Below, one piece after another: positions 13,301 to 25,936 of a DNA stretch of 64,000 bases. Position 1 is the stretch's first letter, and every line of letters begins with the position of its first letter. The notes beneath the pieces are model-generated. The model ran no database searches. It saw only the letters and a program-made list of their open reading frames with translations, and was not told the DNA's origin. Location: NCBI GenBank assembly GCA_964247055.1, contig OZ176054.1:5704001-5768000 (forward strand), read 5' to 3'. Both the position numbers and the translations under genes were made by a program. The DNA is from Paragordius varius. Taxonomy: Eukaryota > Animalia > Nematomorpha.

Positions 13301-16300
13301 CTAAAATATGTATTTATTTTACAATTTAAATAGTATTATGTTAAAAATTCAACATATGAAAATTCAAGGGGTAAAATATTTTTAGTTGCCTCGAAAAATA
13401 AAAAAAAATACATATAAATTATAATGGGTAATAAGTTGAGAAAAAAATATATCCAAGTTTTTGCATTTTTTATTATCTATGTCATTTCTACGTCATAGAA
13501 CCCAGAAATTATTGAAACTTGTCATAATGATATTCCCAACACTACAAAAATGTCAAAACTTATTGTTTGTCATAAATATAAAAAAATGTAAAATTAAATT
13601 TTTTACACATGTTATCAGATTAAATTTTAATTTGTCAATATATAATTGTCATTAAATTCATATTTGTTATAAATTTTAGGCTGTGCATGTATTAACCAAA
13701 GCCCATTAATTATATTATAACTATTGAGTTATCAACCTGTTGGTGGTAAAATTGAAAATATTAAAAAAGTTATTTAAGCTTTTCCCGATCTGTGGCACAA
13801 AACATCTTTAAAAAAAACTTTATAAAAATTTTTTATAATCACAATATAAAAAAACCGATAAATTAGTTTTACTCTTTTAAAACTTTTATTCTGTGAAACA
13901 TAATTAAAGACTTATTAAAATGATATATTAAATTCCCAAAAATAGAAACATCTTTTGCAAAAAAAATATTGTTATACAAATTTTAATCATAAATTATCCC
14001 ATTTGTAAATATAATTTCAATAAAAAAACCCCAAATAGAAAAAAATGGTTAATTACCTTTGCTCTAGCATCGACCTGAGCCCCGTTTCGTAATAAAAGGC
14101 GCATAATATCAGTTTGATTGGCTCTTGCAGCTAAATGCAAAGGTGTTTCCCCGCGAATAGTACAAGCATTGATATCCATAATTTCTTTACCATTTTCTTT
14201 AAGGGTTTTCGCACACAAAAATATATACGTATTTTGTGAATTTTTTAAACAAAATTAATATAATAGAATTTATTTAATTTTCATAAAAAAATGCAGAACA
14301 AATACCATTTACAGTTAAATTTCACCCTTAAATAATTCAAATTCACCCTTGAACAATTCAAATTCACACCTGAACAATACAAATTCACCCTAGTATAAAT
14401 TAATCCTATATTATTTTATATTTTTAAAAAATGGAATTACGTTTAAAATTAATATAATACTGAAAAAATAATAAACTATGCTATAAGAATATTAATGAGA
14501 GTTATATTAACCCACAACATAATTTATTGTTAGGGCGAATTTGAATTGTTCAACGGTGAATTTGAGTTGTTTAAGGGTTTGAATTGCAAATGGTATATAT
14601 AGCATACGAAGGTTTTTTTTATAAAAAATAACCAATTATCTACTAAAAAATATGGATAATATAAAGCTAAAATTAAGAAAAAAATGTTTGTCCACAAATC
14701 CCAAAGAAAGATTTTAATCTGAGTAGTTCAAATAATTTATTTTATAAAATTTAATCCTATAAATCTTAAAATATCAATACAATATAATTCGTGCAGAAAT
14801 ATTAAATTTCAATGGCTATTAATTAGCATAATTCAATTCTCAAAAAATGTAAAAATAATTTTAATTATTTAATTACCTGGCTTCCCAAAATTAATGAGAT
14901 AAGCTACGACATTCATATGACCCATGAATGCCGCTACATGTAATGGCGTTAATCCTGATTCAGTCGTACACATAATACTGGCTTTATTATTTAATAAAAG
15001 CTCGACAATTTTGGTACGATTCTTCTTACAAGCAATGTGTAAAGGTGTGAAACCATTCTGTTAAAAAACGAAATATTTTTATTTTGGAATATGTGTTGAT
15101 AGGATAATTGGCAAATAACTATTCAATTAATCATGGTCACTGTATTGACAAAAATTTTAATTAAAAAATATTTCAAGCAAAAAATAGCAGCTCTAAAATC
15201 TATTATATGGGTATAAAAATGGATTTTGTAAAAAATAAAATAGATTACCATTGCTCTAGCATTGACATCAGCCCCGTGTTGTATCAATAGTTTTGCGGTA
15301 TTTAAGTTACCATAATGTGAACATATGTGTAGTGATGTTAAATAATCCTGTTCATTTGAAAAATGAAATAAGTTTGGTGTCAAACTAATGAAAGCGTTCG
15401 TTATTTTGTCAATTTTTATAACTTATATAAATATATATTAATACCCTATTTAAATAATAAGAACGTGAGGTAACGATAGGATCAATGTACCTAATTGCTA
15501 CATAAGTAAAAAATAAAAAATACAGCTTTCAAAAGAATTTCCCATATTTCAAAAATACTTATTTGCCTTAAACGATGTAAAATTATTAAATTTATTTGTT
15601 GAATATCGCATTTGTTTAAAACTAATCTCTTTACAGTATCATATGCATACCACTGTAATTTCGTCCACTAAACTTCCCCCTTCAGTTATAAGGGTTTCAG
15701 CACAAGTTACATGATCACCCTGACTGGCCATGTGTAAAGGTGTCAATCCATTTTTAGTTTTAGCCATAACAAGTGATTTTAACCAGGCATCCCTATCAAT
15801 TTTTCTAGAGCTCTTTTTTAGACCCTTTTTTTCTGGAGAATAATTCGGATTCCAACGAACCAAAAATCTTACAACATCTTCGTGTCCAGAACGTGCGGCA
15901 CAATGTAAAGGTGTTAATCCATCCTTTAAAGTTTGTAATATAGAGTTGCATAAAATTTTAACATTGTTAAATTAAAATGCATTTTGAATTTTAATATGCT
16001 AAAAACTTTAAACACGAGTATGTTTGCGCCAAGATGGAGAAACAACAATATTAGATATATGCATTATTTCTTATCTTACAATATTAGATATATACATTAT
16101 TTCTAATCTTACATGGATGCCTAAAATATTATTATGCTTAAACATAAAAAAGTAAAAATCATTTCATAAGCATAAATTTAAAATAAAAAATCCTTAAAAT
16201 TTTTTGATTTTTATCCAAACAGATGGATAAGTATAATTTTTGGAACAAAAGACGAAAAATATCTTAAAAAGCAAAAAAATTACTCTTGTTCTCGCTTCGA

Positions 16301-19300
16301 TATCAGCATTGTTTTGTAAAAGAAGTTCAACCATATTAACTTTTCCCCATCTCGAAGCCACATGAAGTGGTGTGATATCATGCTGTGTTTATAAAAAATA
16401 ATGATTATAATCAAAAAATAAAATTTTAATAAAAATATTTTTTTGCATAATAAAATTGAAAACAAAAATAGGTTTACTCTTGCATGGAAATTAACATCAG
16501 CTTCATATTCGATAAGTAATTGTCCAATTTCTTTATTGCCATAATGACAGGCTATATGTAAAGGGGTGAATCCACTCTAAATACCAAAAATATCCACATA
16601 AATTTATAAAAAAAAGCTTACTACACCACTAAAAAGTATATTGTTATAAAAAATTTAAATTATTTTTATAATATATGTTAAATTATTATATTGTCATCTT
16701 TTGAAATATATATTAATTTAGCATATCAGGAACATTAATGAAAAACGTTGCTGATATTTTCATTATCAAAATATAGTTGTTTTTTGATTATATCACATAA
16801 AATATTTTATACCTTTTTTACTTCAAAAATTTAAAATGTTTAATATTTTTGAATAAAAAGAGATCTTTGCATTAATCATCCTCATATAATTTATATACCC
16901 CTTTATTTCATTCATTTAACACTTTTATATTTAAAATTAATGTATTTATTACTATCCATTTACATTAAATATGTGAAACTTTTTAGCGACACACCTTTTA
17001 AAATGAGTAGTTATATAGCAAATCAATCATCGTACCTTAGATGTAACATTGGCATTGTTTCGATCTTGTTGCAAAAGCATTTCAGCCACTTTACAATCGT
17101 TTTTCTTAGCAGCCACGTGGAGGGCAGGGAGTTTCGTGGAAATTTGTTGAGACGATGGTTTATCTATACATACGCATAAAATTCATAAATTTTTGATATT
17201 ATATGTAAAAATTTATTTTAAAAACATCATATGATTGGAATGATAATAGTGTACATTAATTTCTTTACTAAAAAATATCAACTAAAGTTACTTATAAAAC
17301 TTAATAGATATTTAAAAAAATCAGCTTGTAAAATATATTAATCTAATATAATAATGTCCAATGTATTCTTTATATTCAAAAAATGCATTGTTTAACATGT
17401 GACCTCATGTATTTATATTGTTGAAAAATATTTTAGCAAAACGCACAATGACTAAAAATTAGCCTTGATTAAAAATAAAATAAAAAAGGTTTTTATAATT
17501 AAAAAATACCGTTCAAGAGATTCGTTGCATTAGTTGGATATTTCATAACACCATTTTGGGAGCCAGTTATGGGTAATTGCTTGGGTAAGCCTTCATTTTG
17601 ACGCATTAAATTCTCATTTTCAAGGAGAATAGCAACGACCTTTTTGTGACCCTGTTGTAATGCAACTGCCAATGGTGTAAATCCATCCTATAAAATTTAT
17701 ACAATAAAAAATCAGTTCCTAAGAATAAGAATACTATTAAACGATAATAGTTAAATTAAATCATGTCGATTATCAAAATTTTTAGATAATTAATTAAAAT
17801 TAACCACTATTTAATGGACTTTTTTAGAAACTAATTAGTTTATATTTGAGGCATACATATTTAACAAAAACAAAACTAATATTAAATCAGGTTTTAACTC
17901 TTTAATAATATAAGTTTCTGATTAAATATTAAACAATATTATATAATAAAAAGAGACCATAAACTTAAAAATCAATTTTTGTTTTTAAAAAGGCTATTTA
18001 TAAAAAAGGGTCTAGTCAACAATTACATGTATCAGTGAATACATTATTGTTATCGTAATCAATTCGGCTAAGATGAGATAAATTTATTATTATTATAAAC
18101 TTTCAATCATCAATTTGGCCAAAAAAAATTTATATAATAAATATTAAATTATATGCAATAATTTAGGTTTGACCCATAGCCCTATGTTACAAAAAAGGGG
18201 AAATCAAATTTTTGAAAGATATTTAACAAACAAACAAACAAACAAACAAACTTCCGTAGTGATAGATTGTTTAGCTCCATGATCCACCAAATACCTGACA
18301 ACATTATCATGATTTTCTTGAGCTGCCATATACAATGGGGTGAATCCATTCTGAGATTGGGCATTCACATCAGCCCCATAATCAATCAAAGTTTTAACAA
18401 TGTCAAATTGACCGGCCAACGAAGCTATGTGGAGAGCGGTATTGCCTTTCTATTATTAAATTTTTGGGTGAAGAGAATTAATTTTAAGTATGGAGTAGGG
18501 AAGTAAAATTTAAAAGTCGATTAGGCAAGAACAGACGAAAAAAATCATACATGCTCACACACACACATACGCCGACATTAAATATTAAGCCTAGTTAGTA
18601 AAAATAGTCATATAACCATTAATATGGTTGTTTAATGCACAAAAATAGGAATAATATGTAAAACAGCGATGTCCAACACGCTTTTTTAAAAATGAAGAAC
18701 TCAAAAATTTACGATTACATAGAAGATTTATCATTCTGAATTGGGCTCAAAATATATAAAAAACACCAAAAATTATCAAAGAAGCCGCCAAGATATTTGT
18801 GTTGGACACCCCTGAGGTAAAATGTATTAGGGACATAAACTAATTGGCTAAAACAATGTGCGCTAAATAAGGGCAATCGAAAAATAATGTAAATGTATTA
18901 ATATAGAGTTATAAGGGCAAATATAATGCCTAAAATAAATGTGGGAATACTAGGAAAAAAAAGTAATTTTAATTTATCGCCAATTAAATATAATCAAATA
19001 AATTGCATTTTCGCACATATCAATGTCGAAATTTATTGTGGCAAAATCTGCATTATTCACACACACACACACACACACACAAGATGTATAAGACAATAAA
19101 AGAATTCAATAGATTTTAGGTAATTAACCTTATATATAAATGCTGAAAACAAAAATTATATTATTAACACCCCTATAATATCCTAGTATTTATTGATACA
19201 AACTAAAGCTATTTCTTATAAAAAATATAAAACTTAGTAAAATTCCTACACTATTGTATTTGTTTCGAATATAACAAAAATTATATAATTTAAAATAATA

Positions 19301-19810
19301 CATATTTTATACAAACATGGAAATATGGTCAAAAATAATTTCCCAAATTTAATTTTATGAAAATATCTTAGTATATATTTATATTCCGTAGTAAAAAAGG
19401 TCAATGCATTATATCATGAGGAATTCGAATTTTTTCGAGAAATTTTTTTTTCAACCCCTAATAACCTAAAAAAACAGAAATCTCTTTATGGTGGAAAATT
19501 AATTTTAAAAAAATAAATTTCTTGGATATAATCAATAAAAGGATTATATACCTTAGTCGCAGCATTAACATTTGCACCTAATTTAAGGAGTTCTTCCACT
19601 AAATCCGAATGTCCTTCTTTCGAAGCCAAATGTAATGCATTTAATCCATTCTATAAGGAAAATAAGTGAAATAAAAAATGTAAATTATACCGTATTGCTT
19701 ATATCAATATCAACGGGTGGATTGGAATCTGACCCTTTTAGAAATTCCAATACTTTCTCGATATTTCCGGCACGTGCAGATCTCAAGAAATTGGAAGCAT
19801 TATTTTCCAT
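1316..19810 (-). CDS. Ank: Ankyrin (ANK1/2/3, Ank2/unc-44 family), multi-exon; 24 ANK repeats + ZU5-ZU5-UPA; 3' exons not identified in the window
   Basis: Hand-spliced GT-AG exons give [16 protein letters not shown]..., 24 ANK repeats (e.g. exon 19552-19650 = 99 nt, [14 protein letters not shown]), the linker [16 protein letters not shown]5-[30 protein letters not shown] (exon starts 4750), ZU5-[20 protein letters not shown] and [25 protein letters not shown], and [16 protein letters not shown] / [19 protein letters not shown] (last exon found 1316-1633). The splice phases I checked are consistent. Confidence 0.96.
5122..5163 (-). CDS. Candidate alternative (first or cassette) exon of ankyrin just upstream of the ZU5 exon
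   Basis: ATG at 5159 gives [14 protein letters not shown]|GTAAGT, a perfect phase-2 donor that joins in frame to the ZU5 exon ([13 protein letters not shown]). A weak AAG acceptor before 5163 would make it a 42-nt phase 2/2 cassette. Confidence 0.55.
5370..5410. mobile_element. Solo hAT-like transposon end (CAGGGGTGTTTAAC...CGCGGGCC)
   Basis: Resembles the CAGGGGTGTCCAAC terminus at 18799-18814; no matching opposite end found. Confidence 0.35.
5842..6810 (-). CDS. Uncharacterised 322-aa Ser/Asn/Cys-rich ORF nested in ankyrin intron 4751-8392
   Basis: Frame open from 6867 to a TAA at 5844-5842; first ATG at 6810. An open frame this long is very unlikely by chance in DNA this AT-rich. No domain recognised. 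Confidence 0.6.
   Translation of the reverse strand: MTNVCSINQKNGSTNLLSIQTFKPVKCEYVICVDRNLVLSKYKRKARIKTTTSFDKNANGKSKMDHINPQLSDYYSYYTSLPESIPYSEISNTGVILNKNNYVNISILSSSSSNSLNSINIPYDWLVIDPILFTTWCSNNFSYSLSPFCNATNSQNSININSSLSSPDSSNIRFPICFNKYDSGITYHPDSISCLALNSPNSSCNTLPDNTLSDKTNPCTSNTFFETYTNVYPLSLCLKGKDEVQNILPSNHDLQNIHRDISKTNDKNDSVPDFLNNTTTIHLLNLCKWNGIQCSDVPLFEFPNLLIIYSIFVSKIQQWISI
8993..9070 (-). CDS. Candidate 78-nt symmetric (phase 1/1) ankyrin linker exon
   Basis: tgctttAG|AT GTG GAA AAG...ATT AGT G|GTAATT; stop-free ([26 protein letters not shown]) and in phase with the flanking exons ending EQ-G| and starting |TT GAC (8901). Confidence 0.6.
14303..14595. mobile_element. TA-flanked MITE with subterminal 21-bp tandem repeats, in an ankyrin intron
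   Basis: Termini TACCATTTACA ... TGCAAATGGTA (10/11 inverted match); unit CAAATTCACCCTTGAACAATT about x4 on the left and inverted about x2.5 on the right. Confidence 0.75.
16046..16111. repeat. 33-bp direct tandem duplication (intronic)
   Basis: CAATATTAGATATAT(G/A)CATTATTTCT(T/A)ATCTTA twice in tandem. Confidence 0.85.
18664..18814. mobile_element. 151-bp hAT-family MITE
   Basis: TIRs CAGCGATGTCCAACAC / GTGTTGGACACCCCTG; 8-bp TSD ATGTAAAA / AGGTAAAA (7/8). Confidence 0.8.
19058..19081. repeat. (CA)12 microsatellite
   Basis: Direct reading. Confidence 0.95.
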
Positions 19811-20136
19811 GAAGCAATTCTGAAAAATAAAATTATACTACAATTTATGGTATATATTATTAAGGACAAATAATATCTATTTATCGATTTTTATGTCAGC
19901 GTCCATCAGAAAAATGAACTCTTGCATAGATAAGAATAAGTAAATAGGATAAAAAATTTATTGATCCAATTTTTTTTATTATCAAAAAATTTAATGAATA
20001 TATATATTAAAATACTATAAAAGAAAAATTCATGGTTTTAAAATAAAATAAGAATTACTTTTATAAAATGAATTAAGGGATAATGATGCTTTCCGAAACA
20101 GGTGGAAAGTATTGATATTTATGATTGCATGGGAAA
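19811..20136. promoter_or_regulatory. Probable shared bidirectional promoter for ankyrin and RBM22 (326 bp between ATGs)
   Basis: Divergent start codons at 19810 (-) and 20137 (+); regulatory role inferred from geometry only. Confidence 0.55.
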
Positions 20137-23028
20137 ATGGCTCTTTCTAAAACAAATACGTACAATCGTTTAAATTGGGAAGATGCCGAATTTCCTATCT
20201 TATGCCAAACTTGTTTGGGTGATAACCCTTATCTACGCATGATGAAAGATAAATATGGTCAAGAATGTAAAATTTGTGAACGGCCATTCACTGTATTTAG
20301 GTGGTGTCCAGGTACTCACATGAGATACAAGAAAACTGAGATATGTCAAACTTGTTGCAAGATTAAGAATATCTGTCAAACCTGTTTATTGGATCTGGAA
20401 TACGGTTTATTTTATAGTTTTATTTTTTAGGTCTGCCCGTGCAAGTTAGAGATGAAGCCTTAAATGTCAAAGATGACCTACCACGCTTCTCTGTAAACAA
20501 AGAATACTATGTACAGAATAAAGAAAAGGAGGTAATATATATATAAATTAATTATATTTGAAATTTGTTTTTACATTAACTATTTTTTTATTTCCAATAG
20601 CTTTCTGATGCGGTAAATCCATCTGCTAAACTCCAACAATCGAATGAAATGCTTATGAAACTTGCAAGGACAGCTCCTTACTATAAGAGAAATTTGCCCC
20701 ATATATGTTCGTTTTGGGTAAAAGGCGAATGTAAACGTGGGGAAGAATGTCCTTACAGGTAACCAAATATGTTACCAAATCTAAAAAAACGGAATATACA
20801 TTTATATTTTTCTTTTTTTATTATAAAAATTAAATAAGCCATGTAATATACGAAATTTATTTAACTTGTTAATCATTGTATTTGTTAATTATTAAGAATA
20901 TATAATGGAATTTTTAGCCCCTTTTGATTATTTTGAGGATATAATTTTTTGGAAATTATAGAGTAGATAGTTTTTAAATTATAGGTCGTTTTTTTACTTA
21001 ATGTTATATTTTCAATTTTTTTATCATATTAAATCTTATATTAAATTTTCTTGATAAACCGCTATTTATTAAAATAATTAAAAAAAAATTTGTTTGTAAA
21101 AACTGTTTGACTTTATATTTGGCAGTTTTTTTAATGCTGTTTATAACTTTTTTAATTATTTTTTGTTAGTTAGTAGACAAGTCTCTAAGTACAACTCTTA
21201 CATTTATACATCGGCAAAGTAGAATGATTAAAAATATATTTTTACCTTTAATCAAAAAATTAATTTTTTAAAGACATGAAAAACCATCAGATCCAGACGA
21301 TCCCTTGACTGATCAAAATATCCGGGATCGTTATTATGGCGTCAATGATCCAGTCGCTGAGAAATTATTGAGACGAGCATCAGAAATGCCGAAATTGGAA
21401 CCACCGGATGATAGAACAATCACAACATTGTACGTTGGTAATTTAGGTGAAGGACGCATAACGGAAAAAGATTTGAGGTATATTTCCAGTTTCATCGACA
21501 CACAAAATTTTTGGTCTTTTTTATTTAAACTTATTTAGTTTTGCGCATATTTGGACATACATGCTAATAATTTAGTTTTTTTCGGACAAATTGAATTACA
21601 GCTAGGTAAAAGCTTTTTGAAGCCAAAAAAGGTTTACAGCTAATTTTGCATTTTTTGCCGATTTGATGGTTGCGCTTTTTTACAAAAACTACCTTGCTAT
21701 TATAAAAAAACCGGTTTTTGGAAATATGTATATAGTGTATGTTTTGTTATGATCCATTATAACGATTAAGATTAAAGTTACGTTTTATTTAATATAAAAT
21801 GTGATTACACATTTTTTTTCTATTTGTTAGAAATTATTTTTATCAATTTGGTGAAATTCGTTCCGTTTCAATTGTGTCTAAACAACAATGCGCATTCATA
21901 CAATACACTACACGGGCAGCTGCGGAAAATGCTGCAAATCAGTGTTACAATAAGGTTATTCTTGGTGGACGTCGGTATGATTATAAAAATTACATTAAAA
22001 ATTTTAAACTTTTTATACCCTTGAAATTATTTTATTTTGCTGTTTGATAACTTTTATATGCATTGAAAAAATAATAATTTTGATTATCTATGAAAGTATC
22101 AAATAATTTTTTAACATATATGTATTAGCTCGTTAATATAAAAAAATACTCATATTTCTTAAGGTTGGTGCTAAGATGGGGAAAATCACAAGGTCAAATT
22201 GGTAAAAGTGTCAGCCAAGATTACAATTCTCTTCCACCTGTTCCGGGATTACCACCTTGTATTATAATTATTATTTTACTTTTGTTTTTAAAATTAATTT
22301 ATAATTTTTATTGGTCATTTATATTTAAGGCTATAAGTATCTAAGTATCTTTAAAATATTAAAACTCTGTAACTCAATAATTGCAACGCTAGAAAACATA
22401 TATGTTTTATTATAATTTGTTTAAGTAATGATAAAATAATTTTTAGATGTTTTCGTTTATTTATTTAAAAAACATGTTAAACGGTTTCATATTCTTGGGT
22501 AAATTAAAAAAAGACTAAGGAATAAAAGGAACAAATAATTATTATTATTTGAAATTCTATCCTAAAGGTCTGAAAAAATTTTTATCCATTAAAACACATT
22601 TTGGATTTATCTTGTAACTTAATTAATTTAAGCCATATGTATTTATATATTCAACCAATTTTCATAACCTGAAAAAATTTTGATATAATGTTTTGCAAAT
22701 ATAGGCAGTCAGTACATAAAAATTGATTATTGGCAAAGACCACGATTTCTTATCATAGTGTTTAATTTAAAAGAATTTTAGAACAGATAATGCAAATTCC
22801 CTTATAAATTTAACAAAAAACATGTATAAACTATATATATATATTATTATTAATGATTTAGCTTTAAATGATCCAAATATGTTTTTACCGCCTCCCCCGA
22901 TGTTTGTATCTACGGGAAAACGTGAAAGTGACCAAATTGGAGATCAGAATAAAAAACCAAAAGTTATTCATTATCCATCCCAGGATCCCGCAAGAGAAGG
23001 GAGCACTTACTCTTTATCTGAAAAATGA
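20137..23028 (+). CDS. RBM22: Pre-mRNA splicing factor RBM22 (Slt11/Cwc2 family; zinc-binding N-terminus, CCCH finger, RRM)
   Basis: Exons 20137-20404, 20431-20531, 20601-20758, 21274-21477, 21831-21974, 22164-22258, 22862-23028. [35 protein letters not shown]; [29 protein letters not shown]; [12 protein letters not shown]; C-terminal IHYPSQDP. Confidence 0.96.
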
Positions 23029-24682
23029 CAACTTTAAATTTGACGTTTTCATACATTTATTGTAAATACTAAATCTATAATAAATATATATCTTTCATAC
23101 GTTATAAAACTGATTACAACGGTAAATATTAAGAATTAGTTTATATAAATCTGTAAATATTTGTTCATGGCGATTGTCCCTTTGTTAAGCAAGGCACCAT
23201 TGGATCTTATGTTAGATATTTTGTAATGGCAAAACGTGTTCTATATGTTTTGGATACAACCAATTCGATTCAATCCTCCGATTCGAATTGAGATCTTTGG
23301 AACCCCAAGCTTGTTTAAAATCAAATATATCTAAAAATATGGAACAAATTGAAAATATTACAAAAGTTTGCACCTATATAACATTGATCACCGAAATAAA
23401 AAAAATTCATTAGTAGTTTAATAGCGAACATTTTTAATCAAAACTAAATTTTTTAATACTTTAGCGTATTTATATAATTTTTATTAGGATAGATGCGTAA
23501 ATTTTAAAAAAAATATCAACAATAGGGGATACCTAGATACCCCAATTTGAATAGTTATTTACTGCAGATACCAAACTTGAAAAACTGTAACTTAAATGTG
23601 TTTATTGATAAAAAAAGAATATAAAATTTTCTTTATTAATATTTATCATCATAATTAATTGTAAAAAAAACTCTAGTGTTAAGTAAATTTTTCCAGTCTT
23701 TAAAATTAGATGTTAGTAACGCGACTGATGTAATGCAAGCTTGATTTATATTTAGTTCGATTAAGGTATAAATTTGTTATCTTGCTCCTTTAATTTTTCT
23801 GACATTAATGCGTATTCGTGCATTAAAATCCCAATAAAGTGTCGGATTTTATTATCAAAAAAATATTGTTGGTTTCAAAAGCGGTGTGCTTTGGTGTTCT
23901 ATATAAATTGGCGAGTTCGTGACCCCAGGCCTGTTAAAATTTAATATTTTACATTTTAAATGATTTGACTAAATATTTTTATATTTTATGGATTACCTCG
24001 AATGCCATAATTTAGGTTACAAAAATGAGTGCAAGATGTTCCCAATTATGCTCGAGCAATCATTTAACCCAATTAATAGGCTATCATAATTTCAAAAAGA
24101 TACTTAAGGCATATACAGGAAAACTAATGATGATTAGTTGAATTTTGGTTTAAGTAAGTTTAATATGGTGTGATGACCATTAGTCAAAACTTGGATCGTT
24201 TCGATTATATCAGTATCATGGCTTTTAACGGCGTGATTTAAAACTTTCACCGGCGCGTCTATTAAACCGTAAAGCCGATAGATTTAATTGTAACTGTATT
24301 TTTTAGAATCCTCCAGTTTAAAAGACACTAGCATTTTTGGAAACCGTCTAATATACCGACCATTATAATCCGGATCAGATTATATTAATAATCTATGGCT
24401 CGTGAATATTTATTAATATTGTAAAATATATTAAGCAGAATAATACCTTAGTTTTAACAAAACATATTAATTGCCTTAGTAGTTTTAATTGTGTAAAAGG
24501 CTTTCGAACCCTCTTAAGGTTGGCCTGCCGGACCGATAGATCAAAATCACGCGCAGACCTCATTTGATCCTTTGGTACCTTAACCACCCCAAATCTGGCG
24601 TATTTTATACTGAAACATCAGAGTTCTACAAAAAGAATTTGGATGTGAATGTATATCTGAAAAACATTAACATTGTTGTAAC

Positions 24683-25358
24683 TATGGCTGTGCTGACCAA
24701 GTCATGACCATGTCAGTGACTATTTATTTTTTGACCATGGTCATTTAAAAAACAGCTGTTTTTGAAAAATTTCTGATAATTTTTTTTGGAAGAGATATAG
24801 TAAGATTTCAGTGTTTTTTAATATATTTTTTAAAATATAATTAAATATTTTATTATGCTTATTTAACAATATAAAAATTTTAAACAAGCATCTTTATAAC
24901 ATTAGCATTTAAGCATATCCAGTTACTTCGAAAAACAAAACAATGCACTTTGCAAAACATGCAATAACTCCATAACCAATAAAATGAGAAAACATCTTAT
25001 ATTTGGATAATTCATTGATGAAAGAAAGTGTAAAATAAACTAGGTAAAATTTAATATGAAATATCCAGTATTAAAAGCTATGTATTTAAAGATTCAGAAG
25101 GCCACAAACATGTGGCAAAATTTGAAAATTAAATTCTTGGTTTGATTATAAATATTTGTAAATAATAAATATCAATAAAATGTATAATAAAAACATGATA
25201 TTATTAGTGAAACGCTAGTGTCGTACGAACATTATTTTCACAATCCAATATCGCATGATATTTACTTAGGTAAAAAGTGGTCATGACAGTGGTCATGACC
25301 ATGGTCTGACTGGGTCTGACCGGACTTTTTTGAAAAAGCAGTCAAATGCACAACCCTA
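24683..25358. mobile_element. 676-bp non-autonomous hAT element
   Basis: Perfect 8-bp TSD GTTGTAAC (24675-24682, 25359-25366); TIRs TATGGCTGTGC / GCACAACCCTA; subterminal GACCATG/CATGAC repeats at both ends. Confidence 0.85.
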
Positions 25359-25936
25359 GTTGTAACACATAAAAAAACATCGATCTAATAATCGGGTCTA
25401 TGATCCCTATCAAATGATATACCAAACAATGTAAGTGCAAAACGATCATATATTAAAAGAGTTTCATTAACAAAAATAATTATATTGCATACATTGACAA
25501 AACAAAGGCACATAGTGTTCTTGGCATTAATTAAATTATAGGTTGTCTGTATAAAACATCCAATGTTTCTTTTTTAGAAAATGATTTAAGAGCGATTAGA
25601 AGGTGTTCCATTTAATAAAATTAATATATTATTAGCAAACGCTCACATTATTTAAATCTATTAGGTTTTATATCTGTATTGAAGATATTAATTGTGAGAG
25701 ACAAAATATTCAAGATATGTTAATTATCAGACAGAGAATGAAAGGGAAAGTTGACCAATAAGTTTTAAACGCTGGAATTATACTACCAATTTTTATTTGG
25801 GTACCAATATTACAGTAACGAGCATAATTATCACCATACCTGTATTTTAAATAGCTACATGTGTATTTACAGTACCAATTTTTTGTTGGCCAATTCGCAA
25901 TCTCATAAATAAATAAACAACTTTAATATTGTATGA

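Noticed and set aside
14320-14392. CRISPR-like short repeats
   Set aside because: The 21-bp units are head-to-tail with no unique spacers, lie inside a eukaryotic MITE, and there are no cas genes.
23640-25930. Reassigned stop codons (TAA/TAG read as Gln) to explain long frames with isolated stops
   Set aside because: Host genes end in TAA (RhoGAP, both MCTs), TGA (RBM22, NPRL3) and probably TAG (dynein). The long MCT ORFs have no internal TAA/TAG, and the frames in question also contain TGA.
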